Below are positions 45,540 to 54,745 of a stretch of 64,000 nt of DNA, one piece after another. Both the position numbers and the translations under genes were made by a program. The stretch lies in IMG/VR virus record IMGVR_UViG_3300020204_000044; one strand, written 5' to 3'. The first letter of the stretch is position 1. Every line of letters starts with the position of its first letter. The stretch comes from an uncultured virus (IMG/VR IMGVR_UViG_3300020204_000044). Its lineage: Duplodnaviria; Heunggongvirae; Uroviricota; Caudoviricetes. Below the pieces are notes generated by a model. The model saw nothing but the letters and a program-made list of their open reading frames with translations, was not told the origin of the DNA and made no database searches.

Positions 45540-48500
45540 TTAAATCTCTCCTGTGTTCTTGACACGCAATGGAATGTAGATAAACTCAACTGCCTTTACT
45601 GGTTCAATCGCAATATCAACATAAAGTTCGTTACGATCAATCCTAGACGGCGTGTTATTGGATTCATCGCAGACCACGGCAAAGTCGTAGAGCGCTCTCA
45701 AGCCAACCAATTCTAACAACAGGCTTTCTACAGCACCTTTGATCTCGTCTCTGGTAATCTTATCGTTAGGTTCGAAGATATACGGACGAGCCAATTTTTG
45801 TAGTTGGCTGCGTAGATATACCACTAGGCGTGCCACATTAATTCTATCTAGAGCGCTGGCGTTTCTAGCACGAGTCTTTTGACCGTATGCTACGAGACCC
45901 ACTCCTACAAAGAACGGAATTGGATTGACTTTTAGTTCGTACAATGTATCGCGCTGGCCTTCATTTAGTGCCACGCTTTGGAATTCTCCTGTATCAGCAT
46001 CTATAAAACCAACTGCTGTTGCATTTGTGATGCCGCCTCGTCTTGTGCCTGCTGGCGCAAACCAAGGATAAGAAACTTGATCGCTCAGTGCGATAGTTCT
46101 CAGCATCATGTGTGTGGCCGGAACGACTGCGTTAGCACCGCTTAAGTCTGTGGTAAATCCGTTTGGATAATATACAGCACAGTATTCGTCGTAACTAACG
46201 ATACCTGTGTCACCGTTATCTAGTGCGCCGTTAGCATTGGTACCCCAGGCTGTTAGGCTGGTAGCATCTGCGGGTAAACGCAATGGTGTGTCGCCGAGCA
46301 CGAATGCTGTCAACCCTCTGTCTAGATTCAAGTTGATCAAATTGCTCAGTGTTTCTGGATATCCTGGGCAAGCGATCAAATTGAAGTTTCTACGTTCTTC
46401 ATCTCGTATCTCTGAACTGGTATCGATACAGCTTTTTAATTTCTGTTGTACTAGAGCACGCTGAGCTTTGCGACCAAACGAACCGGACCCGTCTTCGTTG
46501 TTAGGCGATGCTGTGGTCCAACGGTCAGTCCAATACGTGGTCATCTGATCACCTAGTATCGGATCGAGTCCTAGTGCTGCTCTAGATGTCTGGAATCTTG
46601 GATTGTTTTCTGCGATATTGATGTAGTTGTTTTGATAACGCTTGACGTTACCTCCGCTTCTGCGCAGATTCCATAACAGCATTCCTTTAGGATATAGTGC
46701 TGGATCTGGAGCATCTGGATCTAAGAAGTTGCTGGTCAGCAGTTCAATGATAGTGGCTTCGCCCGATCCGCCGTCTGTGTTCCATCTCGCGTCGGCGAAC
46801 AGGATACCATCTTCTGTGGTTTGATCGGTCTTGTCCAGCAAAGACCAAGCAGCACTGGTAGTTCCTGCGTTGGTGTATCTATAGATAGTCGGAAAATTTT
46901 CTAGATCAGCGGTGCTGATCCATAGGTCGTTATCAACTAGAGCCGTTCCGTCGCTCTGTGCAGTCGGCTCGCTGGCGCTCACGATAGGACCTTCTGGATC
47001 TGTTCCTGTATATAAAGAATATGTGTTTTTATATCCGACCCAAGTAGATCCGTTATGTACCATGATATCAACTTCGGAGAAGTTAGGAGTATACCATAGT
47101 TGGCCATCTGCTGCTTCTGCTAGAGGTTGATCTCCCTGTGCAGCAAAATTCTCTGTGGCTAATGGTTTCCACAGCGTAGCTATCAACTCTGTTCCGTTGT
47201 CGGATGCGTACAGATTAACGGTACCGTCTTGGTCTTCTATGTCGTAGGCGGTAAATGCCGATTCGATCACCGTGCCTACTCCTCCGAGAACGAATCTCAT
47301 ATCGCCGCCTGCGACGTGGCTAATCTTCACCGTATTAGTTGCGGTAACCTCAGCAGTTACATAGTTAGTATAAGCGATAGGATTAGTAGGATCTGTGTTA
47401 TCGAATCCAAAATTTGCAGCATTTATAGCCGCTGCAAATGCCTGTGCATCTTCTTCTGCGTCACTGGCAGAATTGAAAGTTACCGTAGTAGAAATTAGAT
47501 CTTCGTAGCCCGGATGGCTCTGTTTTAACACAAAATTATTACCGGTAACTGTGCCGAACGTTGCTGGAACGATTTCTACGGATTCGATCGTTGTCGCACC
47601 TTGTCCGCTGCGTCTCCAGATTCTATATTCTACAGTTTCGGGTGTGCTGTCATTACCACTGTTTTCGCTGGCGTTGGTCTGAACAAACAGTTCTTCTTGA
47701 TCTATACCAACTCCACCGCCGCTGCGATCTAGACCGTAGATCGCAGCATGCGTAGTCGCATATAATGGTGCTGAATATGAAATCCATAACTGTGTAGCGC
47801 TGTTCCAACGCTTGACAAGCCATCTCGAACCGCTGTTTGGTGCTGTGGTCTTGATCCATACAGATCCCGTTGGTCTCGCAGCAGCATCTGTTGATTTGTA
47901 TGCAGGAACTTGAGTATGCGGAGTCTGTTGTAGTTTAGGAGAATAATACGTTCCTGCATCAATGCCAAATGGAGTCCAGGTTCCTTCTAATGTTAGGGCA
48001 CCATCGGCACCGGTGGTGCTCCCATCTGACACAGTAGTTCCATCGGAATATATGTAAAGTCTATTGTTGACCGCTTGGGCAGAAATGCCTACGGGCGCTA
48101 GGCCATTGATAACACTAGCCAGTGTGGCCGCTGATCTCGAACCTGCTGTGATAGGAGTTCCGTTCAAAACTAACTCAGTATGTGCTACCGGAGATGCTAC
48201 TGCTGTAGTACCTTGCACGGCCGGATGGCTGGCTTTCCATTCAGGAGATCCTACTAATACCCAAGTACCAGCGACAACACCCTGATCGCCCGCACCTCCG
48301 TTACCTGCGCTCTTGTACCATAATTTAATATATTCTTTAGTAGCATCTACACTGGAATCTACGCCGATGGTCTGTGCGACAACAGCGTAGTCTCCCACAG
48401 ATCCTACAGATGATAATGGAGCATATGGCTGTCCGTCTAGTTTGCTGACGTCCTCGTCTGTGAGCACCAAGGGCACTTTGTTAGCGAATCGTTGTCCGCC

Positions 48501-48971
48501 AACTACTGTCGATGGTGCACCATTCCACTCTTGGATACCCCAAGAAGTTGAAAGGGTGTCTAACCACCATTTGCCATTCGCTGGCTCTGCTCCCGGGGCG
48601 GTAGTCTGTCCTTCCAGTTCGGCTAGGTTGACATCTGCTCGAACGATAAATGCTGCATTGCTTACCCCGAGGTAACTATATGCTGTTAATAGTCCGTATT
48701 CGTTTCTCTCTCCGCCGTGTACTGGACTTGCTGAAGGAGTCTGTTCAAAGAACGGAATACCAAATGTGTCTACCAGTTCTCGCTGGCTAGTGATCTTGAA
48801 TGCTTTCAGTGCATTCGCTGCGGTAGTTCCTATAGCAGTACCTGTGCCTGCTGCGTTAGATTTATCCTGTGCGGTAGCGATCACGATAAGGGGAGTAGTA
48901 CCAGGTTCCGCTGGTGTATAAAAACTCTCGTCAATTACCGTAACTTGTACGCCTGGTGATGTTAGTGCCAT
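45540..48971 (-). CDS. gp18: Tail sheath protein with large insertions
   Basis: SPGV.V..IDES, PWFAPAG..RG, VNPI, GQKT, ALDRINV.RL, FEPND..TR, AVEFIYI. Confidence 0.95.
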   Translation of the reverse strand: MALTSPGVQVTVIDESFYTPAEPGTTPLIVIATAQDKSNAAGTGTAIGTTAANALKAFKITSQRELVDTFGIPFFEQTPSASPVHGGERNEYGLLTAYSYLGVSNAAFIVRADVNLAELEGQTTAPGAEPANGKWWLDTLSTSWGIQEWNGAPSTVVGGQRFANKVPLVLTDEDVSKLDGQPYAPLSSVGSVGDYAVVAQTIGVDSSVDATKEYIKLWYKSAGNGGAGDQGVVAGTWVLVGSPEWKASHPAVQGTTAVASPVAHTELVLNGTPITAGSRSAATLASVINGLAPVGISAQAVNNRLYIYSDGTTVSDGSTTGADGALTLEGTWTPFGIDAGTYYSPKLQQTPHTQVPAYKSTDAAARPTGSVWIKTTAPNSGSRWLVKRWNSATQLWISYSAPLYATTHAAIYGLDRSGGGVGIDQEELFVQTNASENSGNDSTPETVEYRIWRRSGQGATTIESVEIVPATFGTVTGNNFVLKQSHPGYEDLISTTVTFNSASDAEEDAQAFAAAINAANFGFDNTDPTNPIAYTNYVTAEVTATNTVKISHVAGGDMRFVLGGVGTVIESAFTAYDIEDQDGTVNLYASDNGTELIATLWKPLATENFAAQGDQPLAEAADGQLWYTPNFSEVDIMVHNGSTWVGYKNTYSLYTGTDPEGPIVSASEPTAQSDGTALVDNDLWISTADLENFPTIYRYTNAGTTSAAWSLLDKTDQTTEDGILFADARWNTDGGSGEATIIELLTSNFLDPDAPDPALYPKGMLLWNLRRSGGNVKRYQNNYINIAENNPRFQTSRAALGLDPILGDQMTTYWTDRWTTASPNNEDGSGSFGRKAQRALVQQKLKSCIDTSSEIRDEERRNFNLIACPGYPETLSNLINLNLDRGLTAFVLGDTPLRLPADATSLTAWGTNANGALDNGDTGIVSYDEYCAVYYPNGFTTDLSGANAVVPATHMMLRTIALSDQVSYPWFAPAGTRRGGITNATAVGFIDADTGEFQSVALNEGQRDTLYELKVNPIPFFVGVGLVAYGQKTRARNASALDRINVARLVVYLRSQLQKLARPYIFEPNDKITRDEIKGAVESLLLELVGLRALYDFAVVCDESNNTPSRIDRNELYVDIAIEPVKAVEFIYIPLRVKNTGEI

Positions 48972-49079
48972 TCCCTAATCTCCTGGTAATAGTTGCTCAT
49001 ATTATTTAGCGGGTTATCACAAAAATGGGCGGTTATGCAGCGGGGAAAAGGGCAATAAAAGGGCGGTTATAAATATCAT

Positions 49080-49415
49080 ATGCGCCTTTTATGTAAAACC
49101 TGCGGTGAAAAACCTCGTGCTGTGAACTATCACAAAGGAGGAAAAATATTTTATCGACACCAATGTGATACCTGCGCTCGAGGTGCTGATAGTAAACGAC
49201 CTCGATGGTATCAATCAGGATATCGACAAAAAGATTCTTGTGAAAAGTGTGGATTCAGGAGCAGACATCCAGAGCAGTTCAACGTGTTTCACGTAGATGG
49301 AAATCTAGATAACTGCCGTCCTAGCAACCTCAAGACAGTATGCGCGAACTGCCAACGAATTCTGCATCGAGAAGGCGTCCGTTGGCGCCAGGGAGATCTT
49401 GTCCCTGATGTATGA
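49080..49415 (+). CDS. HNH endonuclease-like Zn-binding protein
   Basis: CxxC pairs, VFHVDGN..N...NL.TVCANC; TATAAATA directly upstream. Confidence 0.75.
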   Translation: MRLLCKTCGEKPRAVNYHKGGKIFYRHQCDTCARGADSKRPRWYQSGYRQKDSCEKCGFRSRHPEQFNVFHVDGNLDNCRPSNLKTVCANCQRILHREGVRWRQGDLVPDV

Positions 49416-50025
49416 TCAATGATCGTATTTGTTTATATAAATCGTCGATAGTTCCGTTGTTGTCGATTTCGTGATCGAATTCTGTGCCGACCCAAGCGGT
49501 TTCCGAAGCGTGTATTTTTAATCTTTTAAGTTCGTTTAATGCTAGATTGCTGCCTAGTTGATTCGCTGCCATAGCATATTGATACCACTCAGGTAGTTCT
49601 CCGCGTTTCACCCAGACGATTTTTCCGCCCGCACGTCGGATACTGGATATTTCGTTAGGGAAGCGGCAGTCTGAAATCACGACGTGATCTCGAGAGTTAC
49701 GGAGTTTGTTTTCTAAACTAGCGATCCATATATCATCATGAAATGCACGTCTACAGACTTCAGTTCCCCAATATTGTAGGACCCATCTGGGGGTCAGCGT
49801 GGGCATGTCCAGTCGTTCGGCCCACCACGGATCTACCTGTTCGCGCCATTCTCTGGCTTCCTTGGTTCTGCCCTCCAGCATGGTCCTATCCCAGCCAAAC
49901 ACCGCTGAGACGGCGTCTTTGAGTGTGTTGGCAAAACTTTCTCTACGAAATTCGTGGAAGTTGACTAGATAGTCAGCGACTGTGTCCTTGCCGCTGCCGA
50001 TGAAACCGCAAATACCTATGATCAT
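49330..50025 (-). CDS. gp1: Deoxynucleoside monophosphate kinase (T4 gp1-like)
   Basis: GFIGSGKDT, FA..LK, PR.VLQ.WGTE, ISDCRFPNE, H.SE; GGAGG SD. Confidence 0.9.
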   Translation of the reverse strand: MIIGICGFIGSGKDTVADYLVNFHEFRRESFANTLKDAVSAVFGWDRTMLEGRTKEAREWREQVDPWWAERLDMPTLTPRWVLQYWGTEVCRRAFHDDIWIASLENKLRNSRDHVVISDCRFPNEISSIRRAGGKIVWVKRGELPEWYQYAMAANQLGSNLALNELKRLKIHASETAWVGTEFDHEIDNNGTIDDLYKQIRSLIIHQGQDLPGANGRLLDAEFVGSSRILS

Positions 50026-50077
50026 AATGTCCTCCAATTACAGACATTATAGCAAATTTAATGTAGAATAATCAACC

Positions 50078-50416
50078 TTAATAATAGGGTTTTGGCGTTT
50101 TTGGTTTGCCCGTGTTTAGTCGATTGGCTAATACACTGGCGGTGTTGATAGATTTAGTTCTATCAGTTCTGCGAGCAGCCTGGACTTTAGTGCGGGCTCG
50201 AGTAGTCTTCATTTTTTGTGCTTTGGCGATGTTCATGGGTTGATGGCATTTTGAAGGGTGGCTGACCTGGCGGCTAGCCCTTGGGCCGGAAGTGCAACGG
50301 AATTTTAGTTTCGGTGTGCCGCTTCGAGCCGTATGTTTACCTACACCCCAGACCATCTTAGCGGTCTCAGTATAAAATTCTTCGTCGCTTTCAAAGATAA
50401 ATTCCGATGCTTTCAT
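50078..50416 (-). CDS. Small basic protein with capsid-targeting-like N-terminus
   Basis: MKASEFIFE then Lys/Arg-rich body, FRCTSGPR. Confidence 0.65.
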   Translation of the reverse strand: MKASEFIFESDEEFYTETAKMVWGVGKHTARSGTPKLKFRCTSGPRASRQVSHPSKCHQPMNIAKAQKMKTTRARTKVQAARRTDRTKSINTASVLANRLNTGKPKTPKPYY

Positions 50417-51174
50417 TAGCCGATGATCCAGGTATAACCGTGACCGCCAGGAACAGCGGTTTCCAATTCTTTGGTCAATCGTTCGATATCTGCCTGGCCC
50501 TCAGATTTCATCGCAGCACCGTTTAGGGCTGTGCCACCCTGGGGGCCTGCGATGCTGGCGAACTTTTCGCGAGCCTGTCCTAGCATTATCTTGCAGTTAG
50601 CCAGGCTGTAATCTTTGATCCATTGATTGGCATATGTATCTTCGATTATAGCGAAATCTGGACGTTTGTTATAGACCCACAACATCACTTCTTCTTCCCC
50701 TCTAGGACGTTGGAATATGGTCAATTTTCTTGTCTGGGGATTGAAAGTGAAATTGATAAATGATCCAAACATCTTGCCTACTAGTTCTTGATATCCTGCG
50801 AACAATTCGTAAGTGGCCAAACCGCCCATATTTGTAGAACTCAGCAGATAGGTATTGGTATAGGCCAGATTGAAAGGTTCAAACACTGTGCCGCCTGTGC
50901 CGTTGCCTGTGCGTGATCCTATGCTACGCCTATAGATCTGTCTTACCTGTTGTATTTCTCTAGGTAATATATAATCATTTTGATCTTGTTTTAGAGTTAA
51001 AAAAGCATAACTCTCTTCGACAGCATTATCGGATCGTTGGCGAAAAATGCCTAGACTGCGATCTAGTGCAGTTTCATAGTGTTCGGGATCTAGTTCTACA
51101 TCTATCATACCATCGCCTAGCATGGTTTTGCAGTAGTCATAGACGGATTGACGGGCTTGGTCGATTTGGCTCAT
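50416..51174 (-). CDS. gp13: Neck protein (T4 gp13-like)
   Basis: LG...IDVELD, W.KDY.LA.CK..LG....KF...GP.GG..LNG; start moved to 51174. Confidence 0.85.
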   Translation of the reverse strand: MSQIDQARQSVYDYCKTMLGDGMIDVELDPEHYETALDRSLGIFRQRSDNAVEESYAFLTLKQDQNDYILPREIQQVRQIYRRSIGSRTGNGTGGTVFEPFNLAYTNTYLLSSTNMGGLATYELFAGYQELVGKMFGSFINFTFNPQTRKLTIFQRPRGEEEVMLWVYNKRPDFAIIEDTYANQWIKDYSLANCKIMLGQAREKFASIAGPQGGTALNGAAMKSEGQADIERLTKELETAVPGGHGYTWIIG

Positions 51175-51203
51175 GATAGTATTTATGCGGTAAATATACA
51201 ACT

Positions 51204-52472
51204 ATGCCAAGACTCAGTCTCTATAGGCCCGAAAAGGGCAATGATTTTAAGTTCATCGATAAAACCGCCTGGGAGATGTTCCAGATAGGAGGAACCGATG
51301 TGCTCATACACAAGTATCTGGGTCCTGGTGCTTCTGTGCAAGGTGATACACCTAGCACTCCCGCATACGATTCCACGGATCCGACACAGATACAAGATTT
51401 GCTATTTCTAGAAAACAGAGATAGAAAATATGATCCGGATGTATATGTCATGCGAGGTGTTTATAATCTACAGGATACAGATTTCAATCTTAGCCAGTTC
51501 GGATTGTTTCTACAGAATGACACTATTTTTATAACTTTCCATATTCGAGATACAGTAGAAAAACTAGGAAGGAAACTTATCAGCGGAGATGTCATAGAAT
51601 TACCGCATCTCAAAGATGAATACGCCCTCAACGACCTATCATTCGCCCTTAAAAGATTCTATGTCATAGAAGAGGTCACTCGTGCAGCAGAAGGATTTTC
51701 AGTGACTTGGTACCCGCACCTGTATCGTGCCAAATGCAAACCGTTGGTAGACAGCCAAGAGTACAAAGAGATATTAGATAGCATCGCAGGTGAAGGATCA
51801 GATATGACCTTGCGAGATCTGATGAGCACCTATGAAAAAGAAATGCAGATCACGCAAGCGGTCCTTGAGCAGGCCGAATTAGATTCTCCTAAGAGTGGAT
51901 TTGACACCACGCAACATTATATGTTGCAGAAAGACGAGACTGGAAAAGTAGAGATAGTAACCGCAGACAATACACAATTGCTGGCCTCTATGCAGACACA
52001 GGCCACAGATGCCAATGGCGATCCTTTAGTGGACGAGAACGGTGATCCTGTTTATGTGGGACCTACATCATCTACGATTTTCCAGAGTCCGGAATACAAC
52101 GGTCCGATGATCGGGGACGGCGACGGAGTCCCTCCCAACGGTGCACCATTTACTGCCGGAATCGCTTTTCCTTTACAGCCTGGTATCGGTCAATTCCATC
52201 TTCGAACAGATTACAGTCCCAAACGATTGTTTAGATTTAGTGGAACGAGATGGGTCAAAGTCGAAGACATTACTAGAATGACATTGAATAATCTTGGTAA
52301 TGAGGATGTTGTCGCAGGCGGATCGCCCAATGACATGTTCTTAGGCAAAGACGTAAAACTGACCCATAAGACCACGTTTATAAACAACAACAAGCAGGCC
52401 ACTGTTAACGGTAAAACAGTGAAAGAAAAACAGAGCCTCACTAAGGCTCTAAGACCAAAGGCGGATGAATAA
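51204..52472 (+). CDS. gp14: Neck protein (T4 gp14-like)
   Basis: LSQFGLFL..D..F.TFH, GD.IELPH; between gp13 and gp15. Confidence 0.75.
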   Translation: MPRLSLYRPEKGNDFKFIDKTAWEMFQIGGTDVLIHKYLGPGASVQGDTPSTPAYDSTDPTQIQDLLFLENRDRKYDPDVYVMRGVYNLQDTDFNLSQFGLFLQNDTIFITFHIRDTVEKLGRKLISGDVIELPHLKDEYALNDLSFALKRFYVIEEVTRAAEGFSVTWYPHLYRAKCKPLVDSQEYKEILDSIAGEGSDMTLRDLMSTYEKEMQITQAVLEQAELDSPKSGFDTTQHYMLQKDETGKVEIVTADNTQLLASMQTQATDANGDPLVDENGDPVYVGPTSSTIFQSPEYNGPMIGDGDGVPPNGAPFTAGIAFPLQPGIGQFHLRTDYSPKRLFRFSGTRWVKVEDITRMTLNNLGNEDVVAGGSPNDMFLGKDVKLTHKTTFINNNKQATVNGKTVKEKQSLTKALRPKADE

Positions 52473-54058
52473 TGGATTGGTTTTATGACGGACAGATAAG
52501 AAGATATGTCACACAATTCATGCGCATCTTTATCGGTTTTAAATATAAAACCGGTGACGACACGCTACGACATATTCCAGTGACCTACGGAGATCTAACC
52601 AGGCAAGTGGCTGCTATCATCATGGAAAATTCTGAAAATAAAATGATGACTGTGCCTAAAATCGCCTGTTATATTTCCGGTCTAGAACTGGATACGGGAC
52701 GATTAGCAGACGCTAGTTTTGTCAGTAAAATGCAGATCCGTGAAAGAGCATTTGAAGATTTCTATCCCGACGATCATCCAGATGTGAGATTACGGGGTAC
52801 ACCTATATATGAAAATTACCAAGGCGGAGGGTATACCGTAGAAAGATTGATGCCCACTCCTTTTAAACTATCGATGAAGGCTGAACTATGGACCAGCAAC
52901 ACTGACCAAAAATTACAGATACTAGAACAGATCCTGATGTTGTTCAATCCGAGCCTAGAAATACAGACCACTGATAACTATATCGATTGGACCAGCATCA
53001 GCGTGGTAGATTTAAAAACCATAAATTTCAGTTCGAGAACGATTCCGCAAGGTGCGGACACCAATATAGACATAGCCACTATGGAGTTCACGATTCCTAT
53101 CTATATCACTCCGCCTGCCAAAGTCAAGAAGATGGGAGTCATACGCAATCTAGTAATGAACGTGTTCACCGATTCAGGAGACGTCAAAGATCTCGAAGAA
53201 TTAATATACAATCAAGAAGATGGAGACGCACAGATGCATACCACTCCCGGACAGTTCGGAGTTTTATTCCTTAAAAGCAATAACGGCCAAGATAGAGATT
53301 ACGATCTTTCTGTGATCAGCCCAGGAGAGGTAATTACTTCGATAGGGCTGTCACCGCCTATCAAGCAAGGAGAAAGAGTAGATTGGGAGAAGATACTCAA
53401 TGTATATGGTGGTTACAATCCTGGCATCAGCAAAATCTATTTCCTACAGCCTAGCGGTAATGAGATAGGAGGAACATTCGTAGTCAATGAAATCGATCCT
53501 ACTTATCTACTGGTAACTGTAGATGTCGATTCAAGACCCAGCAACACTATAATTTCTGGGCCAACTAGATCCAACAATCAATGGACCACAGTAGATGCTA
53601 TCATAGATCCTTATAAGTATAATCCTAAACGACCCAATGGAGAGATGACAGATCAACCAGTGACAGCCGGTGTGCGTTTTTTGATGCTGGATGATGTCAA
53701 TAACAGCGCCAGCACCGGATTAATCAATCAACAAAACTGGGATTCCAGCCATCCATCGGATTCTAGTCAGGGACAGGTCTACGACGGACCCGACGGTTGG
53801 AAAAATTCGGACGGTAATGATCCTGTGATCAAGGCTAATTCTATCATAGAATGGACTGGCACCTCTTGGACGACTGTCTGGAATCCCGATGATCATCTAT
53901 TGGAAGATGCGGGAGTATCTGGAGAAGATTTCGTTCCTACTTATTTCCAAAATCTGCGTACCGGTGTGCAATATCGATGGGACGGGGAACAATGGTTAAA
54001 GTCGTTTGAGGGAGAATATTCTGCCGGTTATTGGAGATTAGATCTAGATCCGCAATAA
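52472..54058 (+). CDS. gp15: Tail sheath stabiliser/terminator (T4 gp15-like) with C-terminal extension
   Basis: FYD.QIRRY, IPV.YG, P.PF.L..., Q..QI.EQIL..FNP. Confidence 0.85.
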   Translation: MDWFYDGQIRRYVTQFMRIFIGFKYKTGDDTLRHIPVTYGDLTRQVAAIIMENSENKMMTVPKIACYISGLELDTGRLADASFVSKMQIRERAFEDFYPDDHPDVRLRGTPIYENYQGGGYTVERLMPTPFKLSMKAELWTSNTDQKLQILEQILMLFNPSLEIQTTDNYIDWTSISVVDLKTINFSSRTIPQGADTNIDIATMEFTIPIYITPPAKVKKMGVIRNLVMNVFTDSGDVKDLEELIYNQEDGDAQMHTTPGQFGVLFLKSNNGQDRDYDLSVISPGEVITSIGLSPPIKQGERVDWEKILNVYGGYNPGISKIYFLQPSGNEIGGTFVVNEIDPTYLLVTVDVDSRPSNTIISGPTRSNNQWTTVDAIIDPYKYNPKRPNGEMTDQPVTAGVRFLMLDDVNNSASTGLINQQNWDSSHPSDSSQGQVYDGPDGWKNSDGNDPVIKANSIIEWTGTSWTTVWNPDDHLLEDAGVSGEDFVPTYFQNLRTGVQYRWDGEQWLKSFEGEYSAGYWRLDLDPQ

Positions 54059-54066
54059 GTATAGGT

Positions 54067-54459
54067 ATGCAACAGCGTGCCGGATTACTTTTCCTTTCTA
54101 AAAAAACCAATAGGATATTTCTAATCTTACAAGACGAACGATGGACCGTGCCTACTTTCGCACGTAATTCTACGGTTTTAGATGATTCTCAACAACTGTT
54201 GAACGATTATTCTACAGGTAGGATAATACCGATCGAATTATATCTCAGTGAGGATCGAGGTTTTGAATATAGCACTTACATTTGTCTAGTAGATCAAGAA
54301 TTTTTCGGATCTGACAATGAAACCATATGCTGGGCTAATATCAACGATCTGCCAAAAAATCTGCACGTTGGATTGAAAACCACATTAAATAATTCGCTGA
54401 TACGAGCGAAAATCGAAACTATAATGGTGCTTGAAAATGATTCCAAAACTAACCACTAA
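54067..54459 (+). CDS. Degenerate NUDIX-like protein
   Basis: AGLLF.S..T.R..L, F.Y.TY.C.V..EF, W.....LP..LH.GL; canonical Nudix box not evident. Confidence 0.45.
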   Translation: MQQRAGLLFLSKKTNRIFLILQDERWTVPTFARNSTVLDDSQQLLNDYSTGRIIPIELYLSEDRGFEYSTYICLVDQEFFGSDNETICWANINDLPKNLHVGLKTTLNNSLIRAKIETIMVLENDSKTNH

Positions 54460-54745
54460 CCCCCGATTCGTAGAAGACTGTCAACGATACCAGACCAGGA
54501 TCGACGCTATCGGCGATCAGGGAAACAGGTCTGCATTAGAAAAATTATTAAGGCAATTGATCGAGCAGGTCAGTTATATAGATCGCAGCCATGATCAGAT
54601 CATATTAACTGGTCGCATGGGAGATGACATCGCTGACATCCGATCTAATATCGTATCTATCAAAAAAACACTAGATACGAAATTAGATCAGATCGAACGC
54701 AACAAGTTTGCGGTTAAGCCTGCGCCTCTCCCCAACGCAGAATAA
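54431..54745 (+). CDS. Hypothetical coiled-coil protein
   Basis: About 100-aa helical ORF. Confidence 0.65.
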   Translation: MKMIPKLTTNPRFVEDCQRYQTRIDAIGDQGNRSALEKLLRQLIEQVSYIDRSHDQIILTGRMGDDIADIRSNIVSIKKTLDTKLDQIERNKFAVKPAPLPNAE

